Source: an uncultured Acidobacteriota bacterium
GTDB taxonomy: Bacteria; Acidobacteriota; Thermoanaerobaculia; Multivoradales; JAHEKO01
Length of the DNA: 64,000 nt
Assembly: GCA_963713825.1 (NCBI GenBank)
Contig: CAVQNG010000025.1
Location: 224,001 to 288,000 of the forward strand
Reading direction: 5' to 3'
Made by a program: the position numbers and the translations under genes. The notes beneath the pieces are model-generated. The model searched no databases. It was given only the letters and a program-made list of their open reading frames with translations, and was not told where the DNA came from. Below, one piece after another: positions 59,950 to 64,000 of the stretch; the stretch's first letter is position 1, and each line of letters opens with the position of its first letter.

Positions 59950-60921
59950 TCATTGTGTGCCGAAGCACTGGACCCAGAGGATCTTCAGCTCTCCCTCCGA
60001 CTCGAGGACCGAAACCCCGAATCCGACGTCCTGAAAGCTAGGCTCAAGGATATTGTCGCGATGCCCCTTACTGGCCATCCAATTGTCCATTGCCTGTTCC
60101 GCGGTTGGCTGTCCGGAAGCTAGATTCTCACCCGTCCACTCGGGATCGTAGCCGCTGGCCTGGACGCGGTCGAGTACGGTGTCTCCTCGAGGCGAGACGT
60201 GACCATAGAAGCCCTCTCGCATCATCCTGTCGGCGTAGGTCTGGGCGGCCGAGCTCAGAGCTCGATTGGGACGAAGTGGTCCCAAGCGGCGACGCTTACG
60301 TTCCTCGTTGACCCGATCCAGGAGCTGTTGGCGCACGGTCTCGAGGTCCGAAAGCTGTTCGATAAAGGGCTGGTTGATCTCGGTTTGGGATGTCGCCGCC
60401 ACCAGCGCATAGATCGATTGGTTGGGCCAGGCCTCTGCCGCCAGGCCGAATTCGCGGAGACCCGAATCCAGAAAAGTCTCGAGGCTCTTCGGATCGGACT
60501 GCCGCCAGAACGCAACCAGGTCAGCGGGATCGTCGCTGGAGCTCGCCAGCCCATCGGCGAATTGGTTGGGCTCGTAACCCGAGCTTCGAAGATCTTCTCG
60601 GGTCAATCTCGCTTGGGCGTCGAAGTAGGTGTTGGCCGAACCGAGCAGGGCCCTGTCCAGCAGAATTCGGGCAGCTTGTGACAGAGGTTCGGAGAGCCTT
60701 AGAGGTGAGCTCTGCTCCTCTAGGCGGAGCTGGTTGATGGCCTCGAGAAAGGCTTGGGGCGCTTGCTCGGTCGTCGTCCGGGTGTCGGTGGACTCGTTGG
60801 GTGCCGCAGTACTCAACCGAAGACCAAGGGTCGCGGTGGGTTCCATCGCGACCAGAAGAAAAGCTCCTACCCCTGCTAGAAGAGCTGGTGAGTAGGGCCG
60901 CCGGCGCATGCGGCCCATCAT
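59950..60921 (-). CDS. CAP (SCP/Tpx-1/Ag5) domain exported protein with two CAP-like domains
   Basis: VNEER, GHVSP, GENLASG, WMASKGHRDNIL and WVQCFG motifs, preceded by a degenerate CAP copy. Confidence 0.85.
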   Translation of the reverse strand: MMGRMRRRPYSPALLAGVGAFLLVAMEPTATLGLRLSTAAPNESTDTRTTTEQAPQAFLEAINQLRLEEQSSPLRLSEPLSQAARILLDRALLGSANTYFDAQARLTREDLRSSGYEPNQFADGLASSSDDPADLVAFWRQSDPKSLETFLDSGLREFGLAAEAWPNQSIYALVAATSQTEINQPFIEQLSDLETVRQQLLDRVNEERKRRRLGPLRPNRALSSAAQTYADRMMREGFYGHVSPRGDTVLDRVQASGYDPEWTGENLASGQPTAEQAMDNWMASKGHRDNILEPSFQDVGFGVSVLESEGELKILWVQCFGTQ

Positions 60922-60970
60922 GTCAGACGCTGACCTGCCGGGCCGGCGGAGCGGTGCGTACAGCCTCGAG

Positions 60971-61675
60971 CTACCGGCTTGTGTAGTCGGCGGGAAGAGG
61001 TGTTTCCTCGCGACAAGCGTCCTGTCCTCGAGCGACGAACTGATCGATCTTGCGGGCGTGGGCTCGAATCAGTTTCACGACTTCTTCGTCGTTGGATGTC
61101 TCTGTAACGCGGACACCATCGTCGATCTCCTCGATGTCGATCTGAATTGCTTCGCCGTGCTCGAAGATCTCCGCAAAGAGGGGATCCCACTTGCGGACGT
61201 GACCGCCCTCTTCCAGAACTGCGGACATCTCCTGGACATGCTTGCGGAGAGGCTCCAACAACTCTGGATCGCCGGTGGTGGTCACAGTCTGAACACCGTT
61301 GGGGATATCCTCCACAACCCTCTCCAGCTGCTCATGGTGGGTGACGAGAAAATGAGCGTTCTGCATCTCGGCGCGACCGCGGCCCTTGTGCCCCGAGCTC
61401 TTGGCTTCCTTGTGAGCTCCCCCGCAGCCGTGCCCCTTGCTGCCTTGGCCTTTGGAGCCGGCGCCATGGTTGCATCGGCCTCCACAGCGCATGCCTTTCT
61501 TCTGAGCTCCGGCGTCCGTGTCTGATGGCGAGGTGTCGAGCTCCGCTTCCGAGGCTACAGTCGACTCCGGGTCGGTCTGGGTCGAAGAATACGCCGGCGG
61601 TGCGAACAGCAAGATCAGAGCGAAGAACAGGGGCAACAGTTCGCGTAGTGAGATTTGACGTTTGTTGGCGCACAT
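60971..61675 (-). CDS. Exported hypothetical protein with Gly/His/Cys-rich linker and internal repeat
   Basis: Signal peptide (LLPLFFALILLFAPPAYS). Repeat units IPNGVQTVTTTGDPELLEPLRKHV and IDDGVRVTETSNDEEVVKLIRAHA. Confidence 0.65.
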   Translation of the reverse strand: MCANKRQISLRELLPLFFALILLFAPPAYSSTQTDPESTVASEAELDTSPSDTDAGAQKKGMRCGGRCNHGAGSKGQGSKGHGCGGAHKEAKSSGHKGRGRAEMQNAHFLVTHHEQLERVVEDIPNGVQTVTTTGDPELLEPLRKHVQEMSAVLEEGGHVRKWDPLFAEIFEHGEAIQIDIEEIDDGVRVTETSNDEEVVKLIRAHARKIDQFVARGQDACREETPLPADYTSR

Positions 61676-61850
61676 TTCGAACTCCTGGTGGTGGGAGGGC
61701 TGTCGAGTTTGGCTTGTGGCTTCAACAGTTTGGAGTATATACGCCCGTTCTGTTCTCCAGCGGCGATTGTCCGACTCTGCCAACGGCTCGCTCGACCTGT
61801 TCGATGTGCGAGGAACGTCTGGACTCTGAGGTCGGTCTAAACTGTTCGAG

Positions 61851-64000
61851 ATGAGAAAAATGCATCCGAGCTCTCGAAGGCTCTTCGTCGCTGTCATCCT
61901 CGTTCCTTTGCTCTTGATTTTGGTGTCCGTGGCAGCGGCTGTGAGGGCGCCTGCTGAAGAGTCTGAGGCAGAGGTGCCGGATCGTGAGGAGGCGCTTCCT
62001 ACCGATCGTCAGGAGCGATCCATGGATTATGAAGTCGCATGGAAAGAAGTGGAGGAGCTGGTGGCGGACCAGAGGCTCGAGGCTGCCTCCTCGAAGGTCG
62101 AGGAGATACTCCGAGCAGCTCGTCAGGCTGGCGCCGAAGAAGAGTGGACCAGGGCCTTGATCGAAGGAGCGAACCTGCGCATTGCTTTGCACGGCTTTGA
62201 AAGTGCAGTTCGCTTTCTAAAGGACGAATCCTGGCCAGCTGCGGACTTGCACCGCTCGCTACTGAATCTCTACTACGCCCACGCGCTGACCACCTATGTT
62301 CGTGCCTACTCCTGGGAGATCGAAGGTCGGGAGCGGGTCGACCTCGAGGGCGAGATTGATCTGAAGAAGTGGACGAAGGACCAGATCCTGGCGGAGGCCG
62401 ATCGTGCGCTCTTCACTGTCTGGAGTCGGAGGGCCACGTGGGGCACTGAGCCGATCGGAGCCTGGGGAGCCTACCTTCAGAAGAATAACTATCCACCCGG
62501 GATCCGCAGCACCTTGAGGGACCTGGTGACCTATCTGTGGGTCCAGATGTTGAGTGACTCGGCCAACTGGACTGCCTCCGAGCTCAACGGAGTCTTCCGC
62601 CTAGTCTCCGAGGAGCTCTTGGACGGCGAGCCAGAGGCACTCCTGGTGGGTTTGGAGAGTCCGGATCGGCATCCGCTCTACAAGATGGCAGGCTTGTTGG
62701 CCGATCTGGAATCCTGGCATGAGGGTGCGGATAGACCGGAGGCCGCGTTCGAGGCACGACTCGAAAGATTGCGACGCCTGCAGTCGGCGTTCTCCGAATC
62801 CCAGTTCGTAGAAGAGCGACGGAGGATTCGAGACAATCTGCGACAACATCTCGAGGCTCTGGGCCGCAGCTATCCATGGTGGTCGATGGGTCAGTCCCAG
62901 CTCGCCGAGTTCATCAGGGCAGAAAAAGACCCCAACGCCCTTGTGGAGGCGAGAGACGTGGCACTCGAAGGGGCCCGATTCCATCGCGGCTCGATCGGAT
63001 CCAAGCGCTGCCAGCGGCTGGTGGCGGAGATCGAGGCGCCCGACTACTCGCTCGTTGCCATGCGGAGCGACGGACCTCGCCGACGGTCGATTCAGGTCAG
63101 TCACCGCAATCTCGAGACCCTCTATCTTCGTGCCTACAGACTCGACGTTCTGGAGACCCTGGAGGCCAGCCGGGACTACAACCTGCTTCCAGCGCACCGT
63201 GAGGTGGTCGAGCTCGTGGACAACGGCGTGCCGGTGGCGCAGTGGAAGGTCGAGCTTCCAGCGACGCCCGATTTTCGATCTCATGCCACCTATGCAACGC
63301 CGCCGCTGACGGAGCCGGGTCTGTACGTGATTGTCGCGTCGGTGAGACAGGACTTCTCCGAGGCCCGCAATCGACGCTTGGCGGTCAATCTGCTGATTAC
63401 GGACCTTGTGCTGGTGTCCAGACAGCATGGCGGCGCATTAGAAGTGACGGTTTTGGCGGGCGACGACGGTGCTCGACAACCCGATGTAGAGGTGGCGCTG
63501 TACCGATTCGACTACAAGCGCGGCCACCGTCGGGTCGCCGCACGAGTCACCGATGACGACGGGTCGACGAGTTTTCGCCTCGAGCGGCAGCGGTCCGATA
63601 GTCACTTTCTGGTTGCACGGCGGGGCGAAGACTTCTTGCTGGACGCGCGGAGGTTCTGGTTTGGTGGGCGCGAGACGCCCGGACAAGCCTCGAGATCGGC
63701 CCTGATCTACACCGACCGCAGCATCTATCGACCCTTGCAGGAAGTCCTCTGGAAGGTCGTTGGTTACGAGCGCAACCGAGAGGGGGACCGATTCGAAACG
63801 CTGCCGCATGAGACGGTGACGGTAGACCTTCTAGATCCCAACGGAGAGTTGGTTGAGACTGCAGAGGTCGCGACCAACGAGTTCGGTACTGCGTCTGGTG
63901 CCTTTCAGGTTCCAGGCGGCCGCCTGCTTGGGAGGTGGAGCCTCAGAACTTCGTTGGGGGGATGGAGCCGAGTAGCGGTGGAGGAGTACAAGCGGCCCAC
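61851..64000 (+). CDS. Alpha-2-macroglobulin-family protein (3'-truncated by the window end)
   Basis: Absent from the ORF track because it has no stop in the window. Manual translation gives a MRKMHPSSRRLFVAVILVPLLLILV leader and, near the end, ALIYTDRSIYRP, TNEFGTASG and VEEYKRP (MG2-domain signatures). Confidence 0.88.
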   Translation, partial: MRKMHPSSRRLFVAVILVPLLLILVSVAAAVRAPAEESEAEVPDREEALPTDRQERSMDYEVAWKEVEELVADQRLEAASSKVEEILRAARQAGAEEEWTRALIEGANLRIALHGFESAVRFLKDESWPAADLHRSLLNLYYAHALTTYVRAYSWEIEGRERVDLEGEIDLKKWTKDQILAEADRALFTVWSRRATWGTEPIGAWGAYLQKNNYPPGIRSTLRDLVTYLWVQMLSDSANWTASELNGVFRLVSEELLDGEPEALLVGLESPDRHPLYKMAGLLADLESWHEGADRPEAAFEARLERLRRLQSAFSESQFVEERRRIRDNLRQHLEALGRSYPWWSMGQSQLAEFIRAEKDPNALVEARDVALEGARFHRGSIGSKRCQRLVAEIEAPDYSLVAMRSDGPRRRSIQVSHRNLETLYLRAYRLDVLETLEASRDYNLLPAHREVVELVDNGVPVAQWKVELPATPDFRSHATYATPPLTEPGLYVIVASVRQDFSEARNRRLAVNLLITDLVLVSRQHGGALEVTVLAGDDGARQPDVEVALYRFDYKRGHRRVAARVTDDDGSTSFRLERQRSDSHFLVARRGEDFLLDARRFWFGGRETPGQASRSALIYTDRSIYRPLQEVLWKVVGYERNREGDRFETLPHETVTVDLLDPNGELVETAEVATNEFGTASGAFQVPGGRLLGRWSLRTSLGGWSRVAVEEYKRP

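Noticed and set aside
62601-63809. Several 66-275 aa ORFs listed at the window end
   Set aside because: They overlap the unlisted + strand alpha-2-macroglobulin frame that runs off the window.
1-64000. Prophage, IS, integron, CRISPR or known defence island
   Set aside because: I saw no integrase, transposase, phage structural or cas motifs, no repeat-spacer arrays and no obvious compositional break.

Overview
GC-rich bacterial chromosomal segment. The Ser/Thr kinase-TolB-like-TPR receptors, acidobacterial-type VWA proteins and CRTAC1 plus multiheme-TPR pair suggest Acidobacteriota, possibly Thermoanaerobaculia (inference). It holds about 48 CDS, two of them truncated at the window edges. I found no rRNA, tRNA, CRISPR array or mobile element. 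Most genes are housekeeping or envelope functions: ispG, UbiD, a PaoABC-like molybdoenzyme, PhnCDE, a dGTPase-like protein, an LpxL-like acyltransferase, a WcaJ-like transferase, M23 peptidase, phasin, dodecin and alpha-2-macroglobulin. The standout is a tightly packed + strand cluster at about 6.9-19.7 kb. There, two paralogous NTT/TLC (ADP/ATP translocase-family) transporters fused to HEAT repeats and a stand-alone cNMP-binding protein are interleaved with three signal-peptide-bearing atypical (FAM20/PI4K-like) kinase-fold proteins, behind a membrane Ser/Thr kinase. A kinase-like DUF2252 lipoprotein lies just upstream. This is a candidate regulated ATP-export and extracytoplasmic phosphorylation system. 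All family calls come from motif recognition by eye, not database searches.
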